Part shown: piece after piece, positions 1 through 13,100 of the stretch
Layout: each line of letters begins with the position of its first letter
Position numbering within the stretch: position 1 is the stretch's first letter
DNA from: Bugula neritina
Taxonomy: Eukaryota > Animalia > Bryozoa
Direction of reading: 5' to 3'
Assembly (NCBI GenBank): GCA_964035545.1
Contig: OZ037773.1
Coordinates: 5,485,751 to 5,549,750, forward strand
DNA length: 64,000 nt
Position numbers and translations under genes: made by a program
Notes under the pieces: model-generated
Seen by the model: the letters and a program-made list of their open reading frames with translations, nothing else
Told to the model about the DNA's origin: nothing
Database searches by the model: none

Positions 1-470
1 ACCAACAATTTCCAAAACAAAAACCAAAATACTGATGCTGAGGTCAAACTAAATACCATCCAGAGCTGTCACAGAGTTGCAATATTAGAATAATTATGTT
101 TATATTATTCTTAGTTTACTGGCTCCAGTGTTTTTATTGGTCGTTACCTAAATGTCAAATCAATTATATTATATACAAAATCGCTACTGTATTAAGCAAC
201 CAATATCTTATATTTAACCTTTGGCGCAAGTTCAATAAACATTATAATTATCATATATATAAAAATATTTACGAGTTATAATTTAATATTTGAATAATTT
301 TAGTAATGAAAACTGTTGCCATGGTAACTATATACTAGTATTTATGCTGTTGCTGAACAACAACTTTTTGAAATCTCGAGAGCCATATGATTGCTGACTT
401 TGTGCTTGCTGACCAAGATGTTAAATCTGACACTTTGCATCATCTTTAATCGATATGTGCAATGCTACTA

Positions 471-673
471 ACGCAGGTTTATAGTCACCATCCCTGTGAG
501 AACCCCCGGATGGAAGGAGTTTTTTTAAAGTGGACTAAGGACTTATTCATATGTGGCACAGGAGCAATTATGACTGGATGCTCTTCCTAACATCACCAAT
601 GGCCTTTACTGGGGCTCAAACCCATTGCTTCGTGTTTATTAAGCCAATACTATAACCTCTAGACCACGGCTGC
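471..673 (-). mobile_element. tRNA-derived SINE, family 1, copy 1
   Basis: Reverse complement of the ~210-bp unit GCAGCCGTGGTCTAGGGGTTAGAGCG...GGGTTCGAGCCC...AGGAAGAGCATCCAGTCATAATTGCTCCTGTGCC...GACTATAAACTTGC, with Pol III A and B boxes. Confidence 0.85.
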
Positions 674-1064
674 AATACCACTGCAGTTCTCTTTGTGGGT
701 AAATATTATGTCTCTTCAAAAAGCTCAAACTTAAATTCTAGTTGAACTTTTTTAGTAAAAGGTGCAAAAATACACTTTTCAGGAGCTGCTACTAATTCAC
801 ATGGCTCCTGCACTCTACTATGGGAAGTTCCTACTTTGACATTTTAAGCATCTCCAAAACCTTTTCCTTGACAATCTAACAAGTTAGAGAAAGAGACGCA
901 TTCACCACTGCACTAAGTGTTGGCACCAACCAAGCTGGCATAGGAAACACTACAAGTGGTCAGTAAAAACTTTTGTTGATTTGAATAACATTTCGTATCT
1001 TTGATGTTACAAAAAATGCTCTAGCCTATGAAAGTTTCAGATGACAGAAGAGCAACACAACTTT

Positions 1065-1140
1065 GATAGTCTGAGTAAAACTGCAATAGTCTGAGTAGAG
1101 CTGTGATAGTCTGAGTAGAGCTGTGATAGTCTGAGTAGAA
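1065..1140. repeat. Minisatellite, 20-bp unit, ~4 copies
   Basis: (GATAGTCTGAGTAGAGCTGT)n in a RhoGEF intron. Confidence 0.9.
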
Positions 1141-1167
1141 TAACAATGTGTAGGAAGCAGGGCTTAC

Positions 1168-4100
1168 TTGGGATAGTTTGTGACATATTCAGCGTAGATC
1201 TGGAAGTCATCTCCCCTGTTGATAAAACACTTGGCTATCTCAACGGGTTCTTCTTCACACTCTTTCAGCTCATTCAGAAATGATCTAAAGTGGCAGCGTT
1301 GTATAAAAATGTGGCCATCAAATGGCAGCATCATTAAAGTAATGAGTTATTTCTCTCATAATCAATTATATTTCGGTATTATCTACCAACAATTTGTCAA
1401 AATAAAAAAATCAATAAATAAAATTAATTCTGAATTTTGGTTGTTGATTATTTCGTTAGTAGTAGAAGTGAAACCCTTAACAACATATTGCCTAAACTGT
1501 ATCCAAAACATGTGGTGCCAAAAATATAAGCAACGTTTTCAGGATAGCTTTAACCAATATCTCACTGCCACTGTAACCTGGTAAATGTTGGAAGTGTAAT
1601 GAAAGGGTCGTTATGACAACTTAATTCTTACTTCGTACTAGCTACATAAAACTTACTTGTGAAAGTTTAAGATATTCTCTATATTGCTGTATATCTCGGA
1701 TATTTCCTGCTCCGTAATGTGCGGACAACTTTTTGAGAACCCCAGATAACCCTGTAAACAAGTTTACAACTTGTAGTAATAGTAGTAGTAGTAGTAATAC
1801 GTAGGAGTAGTAATACGTAGGAGTAGTAATACGCAGGAGTAGTAATACGCAGGAGTAGTAATACGCTGTAGTAGTAATAGCAGTAGTAGTAATAGCAGTA
1901 GTAGTAATAGCAGTAGTAATAATAGTAGTATTAGTAATAGCAGTAGCAGTAATAGCAGCAGTTGTAATAGCAATATAGTAGCATTAACAGTAGTGGTGGT
2001 CATGGTGGTGGTAGTAGCAGTAGTAGTAGTAGCAGCAGCAGTAAAAGTAGTTAGTATTAGTTTTGCTAGAAGTAGTAGTAGCAGTAGTAGATAGTAATCG
2101 CAGTAGTAGTAGTAGCAGTAGTGATAGTAGTTAGTAATAGTAGCAGCAGTAGTAGTAGTAGTAGCAGTAATAGTAGTTAGTAATAGTAGTAGCTGTAGCA
2201 GCAGTAATAATAATGGTTTTAGTGTAAATAATGTTGGCAGTAATAGCAACAACAATAGTAGTAGTATTGGCAATAAGAGTAATAATTGTGTTATTAATGA
2301 TGTTTTAATAGCAGCAATATTGATGATATCAGTAGAAGTTTTAACAGAAATAAATAACCATAACAGTAACTAGTTTTACAACAGCAGTTCAGGCTGCATT
2401 CAAGGTTGTGGAATGTAGAGCATTATCTATTACTGAGAGAAAAAATACCGAAAACATTTCAAAAGTCATAATTTATAGCTGCTCAACCGGCTGGCATGGT
2501 ATATACTTCTCAAGTTAACAGCTGCAGTGCAGTCCAGTCATTCAAATTAAATTAATTAGGGGAGTAGCTGACAGATTCACATAACCCATCAACGTAATTA
2601 TCTGGTGCAGTAGTCAAAAGCATACTTCAAATTCTTCTAAGATTGGCTATCATCTGTGCACCAGTTAGAGCACAAAGTCCAACTAAGTTAAAGTTTTAGT
2701 AACTGGACAGGAACTCTATTAACCTCACAAATCCCACACAGAAACAAAGGAAATGCTAAATTAAAGACATGCTTATCTGTATATAATTGCTCATAATAAT
2801 ATTTTCTATATAGCTCCCTACACAATAGAAGTAGGCAATATTTTTTATGTTTTTGGAAGCTGGAGGATATAGGAAAAGCAGTCCCAGAATTCAGTGTACC
2901 CTCATGATTCTGTTAGTGATGTAAACAACTTGAGGTGAAATGAAAATACATTTACTAAAAGTGTAGGTCTGCACAGCATCAATGAAGTCAATGGTGCCTA
3001 CCATTCTAGAGATATTTTGCAATCGGCTGCTTTTTAAAAACTTTCACAATAAAAGAAATTGGAGTTGTTTTATAATAACTGTCTTAGCATAGAATTGTAG
3101 CCCTGATTTGATAAAATAGAGAAGACAAGCGTAAAACAGCTTTTCTTCTGATGATTTATGCACACGGCTTAATTTTACTGAGCAAAAAACATGAAATGAA
3201 AACTCCTTAAACCAAGTGGACAAAGACTTTTTATAGCAAAGCCTTAAAGAATTTCTTTGGATCTTTATAAAATATGTTGAGATTCATGCAAGTCAAAGGA
3301 CCTGATGGTTCCGTATGTTAAGATTATCAACAATCAAAGTCGTATTTGATATCAAATTCTATTATGCAACTACAGCTATACAAGAAAAAATTCCTCACCT
3401 CACAATAAAGTGGCTTTGTTTACACAATGTATTATCTCAATTGTTAGCTAGAAGAACATGAGGTGACTGCACCATTACAAAAGTACTGCAGAAGTAGGGT
3501 ATTGGGTGACTGTGGTTTTAGTCAGTGTTGTATTAGAAGCAGCCCTGCTTTAAGCTACTTTTTTTAAAACAAGCTCACCTAATGTATACATACCATCACG
3601 GTAGATTGCATAGAGTTATACATATCGAAATCGAAAAGATGCCTCTTAAGCTTTTTCTTTGTCTAGTAGCACAGGGTAGGTAGGGGGTAGGTAGGGGCAC
3701 CCTTAAAAACTGCTAAGGGTACATGCTAAGGATATTGGCCTTGTAGGGTATGAACCACAAAGATATCTTAACATGTTCTGGAAGAAAACTTCTAGTAAAT
3801 GTCTATTCTAACACTTTAGTTGGAAAACAGATTTTTCATATCAATTCATAGACAGAGAGTAACTGTGATAATTCACCTTTAGGCTATGTATCTACTAACC
3901 TCAACTATATCTGACAGGTCACGGACATACTGTATCTCAGTGAGCAGAATCTCCTCTATAACGTACTCACTGAAGTCTGTCTTACTGGTTGGGCTAGCTC
4001 TCCCATCTGGACTCGGGGATGGTGACCTGTCCCTAAACAGAAACCGATCATTATCAGCTCAGACACAATATCAAAAGTAGAGAGTCTTCAGCAGGAGTAG

Positions 4101-7100
4101 ATGCAGAATTGTGCAAGTTCAGAGTTCCATTGAAACTAGGTGACATAAAAATTTCTTTAACTAATAAAGCTATTAAGTTACAAACTCAGCAAAAATCTGC
4201 ATCACAGCACAGCTGCAATTAAGTGAATTTTGGCAGTTGACCTAACAACACTTGACAGAGAAAAGTTGTGACTATATATTCCTACTGAATGGTATTTTAG
4301 ATAACTATAGCAACACATTAGCTTATCAGCTCTCAAGGACAAGCTATATTCAACAGCTGCTAGCTAGTTACAAAGTGAAACAGACACTTTGTCAGGATAA
4401 GAGCCTGTCAACACACTGACAGGGTTTATTTGATTTCCCTGGTAGAGCAAGTCTAACCAAACAACACTTGGATTTCTCTCACTACATTCAAGTATTCAAC
4501 ATTAGCAACTAAACCTTGGTTCTACAAAGTGAAGCACTAGTTTATGGTTATTTTGGTTACAAGTTTATATTTACTGATTTTTTTTATTAATGAACCTAAA
4601 GGAGCTAAAGGAGTTTTAGCATTGGAAAATCCGTTTTCAACTATTTAGCTGAAACTATATGGGCAACTTTCTAGCCTGCACGACTTTCAAAACTACTCAA
4701 ACTATCAATGACAATATGCAGCACTGAGGCTACAGTTGAAGGCTTACCTGGTCAGATATTGCAGCTCCTGGCTCTCCTGTGACAGCATGCTGATGTCAAA
4801 GGAGGCTTGCTTTCTTCGATGATGGAGGAAAACGGATCCACCTTGAGGTTGGTGAGAGGAGAACCTTCTCTACAAATACAGACAATCATCATTACTATAA
4901 CAGAATCGACAATGCAGATTATGGAATATACATTCAACAGTTTCATGCAAACATTGACATGTAGATAATATTCAATTATTATTTGGGTCTAGGATATATT
5001 TTTCCTAAAAAGACTAAATGAAAAACAGTCCTGATCTGCGGTGACATTTTTTTCATTTCCAAAAAAATTCACTTTTGACCCTAGCAAATGACTTGCTTCT
5101 ATGACTTGCTTCAGAAAATATTTTGTTCAAAACATGTGCATATTACACATAAAATCAACAAATATCACACATAAATATAAAAACAAAGTAATTATACAAA
5201 AAACATGAGCAAAATAACATCTCCTATCTGTAAAATAAAAACGTTAGAACTAGTCTTAGACCAGCTGGCAGAAAATCAAACCACCAAGTCAGCCCAGTAT
5301 GAAAGAAATGTGAAGAATAGAGCCACTGCGTTGTGATTAAATGTAACATGCAGATGTTAATATGGTCTTGTTTTAACTAAAAGACTATTATTCCACTCCA
5401 ACATTAAAAATTATGTCTATTTGTTTCTTGGAATAAAAGTCACGCATTTCAATTTATTGGTGATTTTGTTTCTTAGCTAGATTCAAGCTCCATACACTGT
5501 CCTACAAAGGCATGGGACCAGATGCAGAATTTCTAGAGGCCCTGTGTCAAGGTCTCAACAAAATGCAGATACCATATTACCTTTTGCACCAAGTCTAAAA
5601 TATATTCAGAGAACTATACACGTTCTTACACACAATAGCAGCTGAGAGCTACAAACATAATCATGCATACACTTCTACAAAGTGCTCAACCAGAAAGCCA
5701 AGTTGTTTCACCTGCTGCAGCATGTCACAAAGTAGACAACTTGACACAAATGGTTCACCACAATCACTCCTCACATGTCCACAGACTGTAATATTAGCAC
5801 TAGGATCTGTATATTCAGAAACACTATAGTTCAATATCATATCTAAGAGAGAATATGACACCTACCAGAACCATTGAAGAGTTACTAAGTTTAAGAGTAG
5901 TTGCTATTCTCTACTAAGGCCCAAGTCCTTAGGCCTTACTCCTTATAGGCTAGCCTAGCAGTGATGAATGTTATGCATGTGTCCACATGCTCTACCAGCT
6001 ATCAAATGTCAGTTCACAAATTAACTCAATACCTCTATTTATAGCCTTAGAATTCTAGTCTCATTGTTTTCCAGGCTATTTAGTAGTTAAGGCTATTGAA
6101 ATATCTTTTGAGTCAACAGCAAGCTTTCAGTGCAGTTATGGCACCAAGGCAGTTGCCATAACTGCACTGAAAGCTTGCTGGCAAGGCAGTTGAATATTTT
6201 TATTATAAACAACTGAGTGTTAGCTTTGAACAGCATCTGCTAGTATGTAGGAGTTTGAGGGCAGTATAGGAAACAGTTTGAAATGGAAATACAATTTTGG
6301 TTTTTAAAGGAAATACAACTGAAAGTTTAGGCTTAGATAGTGTAACTTTCTGAGCCTATGAAGAAATTGAGGGCGTGTTTTCCTACTAGGCGTACATGTC
6401 CCTACCACAAATCATACATAATGTAGGGCATAAGTCTATCTTCACCATAATAGACAAACAAGTAGAGATATAACTTCTAACAGCTTAGTCACTTTTACTG
6501 AGTTTAATGTCAATTTCTGAAAGCAGTGTAATCTATCAAAGGCGCAGTTGTCAACCCTTATATGCTATCAATCTATTGATCTCTCTGTGTGTCTACAACC
6601 TAAACCAACCAACCTTTAGCCTGAGAGAGTGTCTTAAGCGTGCCCATGAGGTCGACCTCGGCCGTTGTGTGGTTTGAGAATCCCAAGCCATGATAGAAGT
6701 TGTAAATAAACTCTTTGGGGATGTTCAGAATAGAGAGGAATGGGAGTGGAGCAGTTGAAACAGTACTAATGTATTTCTGCATAACAATACCCTATACTCT
6801 CATATCAATCTTGGACAAGCACACTATCATGTAATATTATGCCACAATTACCCTGTTATCCAATCACAATACTCTATTGTGTTTGAGAAAGACTTACAAT
6901 AACTTAATAATACAAGCCTAAGTGACAACGACAGCAAATAGCAGAAAGAAAGGGTGGTAACCAACAACTACAAACCATTTCAAAATCTAATATGAACTTA
7001 GATTAGATTTTGACATTCATTTGCATGAGCTTATTATGATAAACTTCAGACCAAACACTATGTCAACATATCCTTTGGGTTCCTTGTCAGATAACAGGAG

Positions 7101-10100
7101 AGATAACTGTTCCATTTGGAAGAGTTCCAGCAATTGACACACCATGCCTTGTGTTACTACCTCACAGCATAACAAACTACCTAACTCTCCCTAATGACTC
7201 ATGTTTATATAACAGCAGAAGTTTTAGTCTCAAAATGTCTGTATATTTGCTTTTACTTTAAAAACGGTCTAACTTTTGTTTTAAAACTTTTTAATTTGTA
7301 CTAAAATTCTTGCCTTTTCAGCTTCTGCTTTGTGTAAAAAGCTCCAAAAAATATATGGGAAAAAATAATATAGAATAAAGTATACATTTGTTTAGAAGTC
7401 ATCTTCTCAGCTAAGAAATACAATTATGATAAATCTGTAACAAAACAGCTAACCTAGAAAATTAATACTACTTTCTACTCAGGTAATCATCTTTGCCAGA
7501 CAAATAAAGGTATCAAGTCAACTACTCTGACAATACAACATAGTGAAGGTTTTTCTTTATTTGATTTGGTTTCCAAATTAAATTGAATTAAAATATTAGC
7601 CAGAATATGAAGAATGGTGACTCAGTACAACTTGCTAAACATAAAGTTCAATTTTGTTTAATTGAAACACCACTATCCCAGTAATTTCAAAATTTAAAAT
7701 TTTTAACCACAAAAAAGGTTACACACTGGTTGCATGCTACACTAAATTTAAATAAATTTTTTTTCAAGATCTTGTAGTGTTTTTGCACTTATTACAGGAA
7801 AGAGTACAAGTGATTCAGATTGAAAAAGCAATAACTATTAATAGCTACTAAAACATTAAACTATATACAGCATATATAATCAGTAGTCACCAAAAATATT
7901 TACTAAATTTAGTATAACTAACCACCACTGAAGCCATTACCATCAGCTATTGTAATGTAAGTCATAAAACAATCCACCATTTGGCTTCTCCTAGCCGCTA
8001 CAGCAACTATCCATGAGTGATTCCAGCACCAGGTTATGCATAACTAAGCTTTTGTCAGGGAGGTACCCAACAACTTATTAAATACCACAACCTCTCAAGG
8101 AATCTATCAATCATACTAAATTCCATTTTAATAACTTGCATTCAAACAGTTGAAGTAAATTATGGTATTAAAGCAGTGATAGAACAACATGCACTTAGGA
8201 TTATAACGCACTTGCTTTAAATATCTTCCTCAGCTAATTACTTATATAATTACTGCAATAATAATTAATATTCTACACATTCTACCCCAACTCTCTCACA
8301 GATTCAATGAATGGTGAAATATTTTCCCATAATCCCTCAATCAATTTGATATATGGACACATTTTTTCAAATATAATGTAACTCTAAAACTTAGCCTAAT
8401 AAACTCTACTTAAGGCTTTTTAGACATGCAAACCATGAAAGCACCAAACATACTTCTGTGGATTTACAGTGAAAATTTTGATCACAGTCTACAAAACTTT
8501 TTTAGTTAATAAGCTGCATGCAGACTTTATTATAAGCAGCTTACTAAAATGAAAATATTTTGGACATACAATTCTATTGGCAAGAAGTAAAAAGCAGTGT
8601 GGATGCCTAACAAACAAGGTTCACAGGGGGTCATTACTCCTAAGATTTTCTGTTCGAATACGTTGTTATGCCAAGGAAAAGTTCTATTTCTGTTGATTAG
8701 TGCAAACATCCGACTGAGAAGCTGTATTCTCTTAAAATTAATTCTTTGGGACTCAATAATGTTCATCAAAATGCTTGACAGAATCCAATCCGTCAACTGG
8801 ATTAGAATTTATTCATAAAACATTCTATAAATAGAAAGCAACTAGCGAAAAGACACATCATAATTGACTGTTATATAAAAATATAATTTTGAGGTTTAAG
8901 AAAATTTTGCCTTGCTCTGTCTAGACTAATTTGTCTTGAGTATGCAAATTTTTTATTAGCTTTAATAATACTGTCAATGTGATAGAATGTGCACATTTAT
9001 ACTAAGTATCATAAGTTCAGACTTTAGGATTTTATGGTGACCTCAAAAAACTTCAAATTTAGCCTAAAAATACAAAAAGTTTCGAAGTTTATGTTGAAAT
9101 AAAATATTATGGAATTATACTGATGCACTTGTATGTTATGTCAACATTGAATAAATATTTTTGAAAAATGAGTCAATATTGAAATATCAAAAGTTGTAAA
9201 AAAGAACTCATTTTATTTGAATGGATTTTCTCGGAAATGAAATTAGTTCTTGGAGTGCAAAAAGTAAGAAAGTGAGAAGCACTGAAACATTCAAATACTC
9301 GAAACTGGATATTTGATATTCAATGTGTAACACAAATATATTATTCAAGCTTTTGCTTATGTAGCCTTACATTCTCTATTTAACAAATCTTTTCTCATGT
9401 TTCAACAAAACCAGAATTTCAGTTCCTTATTGAAATTTTATCAACAGAAGCAAATTTACTGCCAACTGCATCTATACATTGAAGTAAACATGTAATATAA
9501 TTCTATATGTATCTCTATTGTATTCTTCATTTAAATTTTAGACTTTAGAGTCTGTAGAGGCTGGAGTCTGGAGCCTCCGATTTAGAAAAAAAGGAGACAA
9601 CCCTATGATATATATTCTGTTGAGTTTTTACACATACAAATTTTATACATGAAGCTTAGACAAATTCATACTAACTCAATCAAATGATTATTCGTTTAGT
9701 TAAAGTTGTCTATAGCAAAAAGCGTAAAATTGATCAATTTTAATATTCAGAAAACTTAAAAAGATAATTTTTTAAAATAAATCACAAAGAATGCCTTTTA
9801 AATAATTTATTTAGAACCACTTCATACAGGCAGTAAGTTTGTAATGCTTTATTTGAAATTATACACCAAGTGATTGAAAAATAATTATTTCTGCTATATA
9901 TTATAGAGTAGAGACTATATAGGATATTAAGACTGACTGGGAAGATATAGCTCTACAATAATATTCTTTACACTTTCTTAAGGGTTTTACCGACTCACCC
10001 CTTTAGCGTGATTGGGCAGACTAGTACTCTTGTTTGCTGAAGGTACAGTAAGGAGAGAGTTCCTTCCACATGCCTCTTCGATTCTTAGGTCATGGCAACT

Positions 10101-13100
10101 TCTGGACTCAACAGAACTCAGCTGAACTCCCAAACTATTCTGGGGAACTCTCTCTGTGATAGTAGACAACTCCACAGATGAGCCTAAAACATACGTATCA
10201 CCATCTTACTGAGTAACAACCACAGAGAGCAGCAGTGGTCTAGGGGTTAGAGCGTTTACTTTATGAGGCCGAAGTTATGGGTTCGAGCCCCGACAAAAGA
10301 CCATTGGTAATGGTAGAAAGAGCATCCAGTCATAATTGCTTCTGTGCCTCATCTGAATAAGTCCTTAGCTCAATTTAACAAGGAAACCCTTGCCATAAGG
10401 GGCTTTTTCACACAAATGGTGAATATAAACTTGCGAGAGTTTTATTGAGTACAACCCCAGTGCTATCACATTGAGTGACTATCACACATGCATTGGTGCT
10501 ATCACATTGAGTAAAGGAAGTTGATGTGTAACACAATAAGTTCTAATTGAGGCAGCATATTGCAAAGTTTACTTGTTTGGTTTATGTAAACATTTTAGAT
10601 GAGAAGAGAGCCTGTTTTAGTTTTTAGGAATGCCAAGACAGTCACAATGAGTGAGTGATTTTCACTAGCTGTTAATGCTTGAATGAAGTGTTTAGGAGTT
10701 GTAAGGAACTTTACCAACTCTTTTGAAAATAGTATTGAGTATTGAGAAGTGTATTTAAGAGCTGCAAAGTTGCATTAATAGCATTGCTGAATAGAGAACT
10801 ATTTCATAGCTGCTAAATATTGGATTTAATATTCAACTTGTGATAGACTGAAAGGAGTGATAGACTACATATCAGAGGATTAGGTTCTGAAAGAAATAGG
10901 CTTGTTAATGAATGAAGTAGGGTTGAGCTATCTCAACATAACGCAGTTATAACTGTTTTAGGGCCAAGCTATACTTTACCCAGGACTTCTGTAGAAGGAA
11001 CAGGTGCTGAGAAAACAGCTGCCAGGAAATAATATCTGGCTGATATCTACTACTCAGCTGTTGAAATCTTACACATGACCACATAGAACTATCCTTTTAC
11101 TGAGTCTAACATTCTATTAGATGAATATATACCAATAATATACAAGGAAGTGGGAGTATTTATCAAAACATGAAAATATGGACATAAATAAACCCTGGTT
11201 ATGATAAAACCAGGGATTTATTTTTCTATTGCAATATACGATGGGCCGTGTTGTAACCCACCCTTGTCAAATAAAGTTTAACTCAGTCTCAACAGCTTTT
11301 GCAGCTTGTCGCTCTTATAACTATAACTTATATCCGCCAACATTTTGAACTTTGTTCATTTGGTTCTTCATTTGCATCAGCCCACTCTATGAGGAGAGTT
11401 TTAGATGCCAACTATTTTTACTACACCAACAGCAATAGCACTGGTTTATTTACTTAAACTTATTGTATCAGTGCATGAACATAGAAGGAGTTAATGGCTG
11501 ATGGCTGATAGGTGATGACTCTGTACTCAGACTAAATAATATATACAGTCACTCATGTAGTATAAACAGTAGTTGGACTTTAGCATCAAAAGACAATCTA
11601 TTGTTTTTACCTGCAGGAAGAATGCAAAACAACATATCTGCTTTAAACTATTTAAAGACATGAAATGTTTTAGTATATTGCGAAATAAGAGAGTTGAAAC
11701 TGAGAGGAGACAATTATCAACAAATATCATTTCCACAGCAATAAAGTGATTCTAAGAACAAAGTTTTATATAAAGCCCAAAAAATTGGCAGTAATTAACT
11801 GCATCTACATTTAGGAGCAGTGGTGGAGAAATTGAGACAGCCTAAGTTTTTTCATCTTATTTTTTAATTTTGATTTGGGCGCGAGTTGAAATTTTTGCGA
11901 GAACATAACTTCTTTTGCTACATTTTTAATCTAGAACACAGGCTTTTCTCAATTTCTTCATTACTGCACCTACCTCTGCATTTAGAACTCAAAGCGCTGC
12001 CAATATAAAACTAGTGATTAGATTATGACCCCTTCCTACACAAGGGCTCAGTGTAGTTTGAGACATGCTTGAGGCTAGTAATGACAACCTAGAGTTATCA
12101 GAGCATGTTGAGAGGACAAGCACTTTTCTTTGCTGCCAGCGCTCCATCTATGTCATCACTTTTGTCTGACAAAAAATTTACATAAAATGTTTGCCGTAGG
12201 CTGTCCATGACAGTGCCCAGCCATGCCGTTGTTTACACGAGAATAAACTTGTGCCAAAAGCAACTATCTAGCCTTAAAAAGCCGGAATAACAACATCAGA
12301 ACAAAAACAGGTCTACTGTCGGTATGACCTTAGATATCAAAGGACATACAAGGTTTCTATCTCTTACATCAGCTCTATAGTTCAATAGAGTATTATCAGA
12401 TAGGGCACCCAACAATTTAGCTCTTATACCATCACTGTGGTGTTGAGATTTTCTAGTAGCCACCATAGTGTAATGGTTAGCATCTCAGCTTACAAGTTAG
12501 AAGGCTGTGGTTCAATTCCCAGTGGAGGTCAAAAGTTTTTACAATCACCATACTTCACACTGTCGAATTAATTTAACAGCTTGCGGAGCTACACCATGGC
12601 CTTAGAACCTACTGATGTTTCCCCCCACCCAGTGTATACCCTTGAATAATGTCGAATTAAACGATTAGTATTTTAACAGTCTATGCTACGAATGTTACTG
12701 AGATGACATCAACTTGACAGGGTTGATAGGCTACCTAACAACTTGTGTAGGTTCCGTAACCAATGGATAAAAGAATATCACACAGGAAGCCTTCTGCGTT
12801 GTTAATTTGAAAGAGTCTATTGAAATGCTAGGAGTCAAAGCTTGTTTGAGTTAAATGCAAACTGAATAATCGAAAAATAATCAAAAGATTTTGTAGTCAA
12901 AGATGTGACTTTAAAACTTTGGAGTACAAAAAGAAGTTGATGTGTGATAAGAAATGATCATTCCTACGAAGTTTCATATCTTTCCAACAGGTTCAGTGCA
13001 TGTTTTCACATTCAATTGCCATTTTCAAATAAACTTTTTTATCACAAAAAGGCAAACATTATATGGGGTATTTGCATCAGAATTAGGCATATCATCACAA

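Noticed and set aside
1065-1140. CRISPR-like repeat array
   Set aside because: Contiguous 20-bp tandem units without unique spacers, in eukaryotic intronic DNA.
1764-2273. 169-aa poly-Leu/Thr/Tyr ORF
   Set aside because: Translation of a trinucleotide microsatellite inside a RhoGEF intron.
5661-5861. 66-aa Cys-containing ORF in a RhoGEF intron
   Set aside because: No recognisable domain and no convincing phase-compatible splice sites.
11186-11223. Small hairpin AAATAAACCCTGGTT...AACCAGGGATTTATTT
   Set aside because: Short, imperfect and AT-rich; nothing supports a function.
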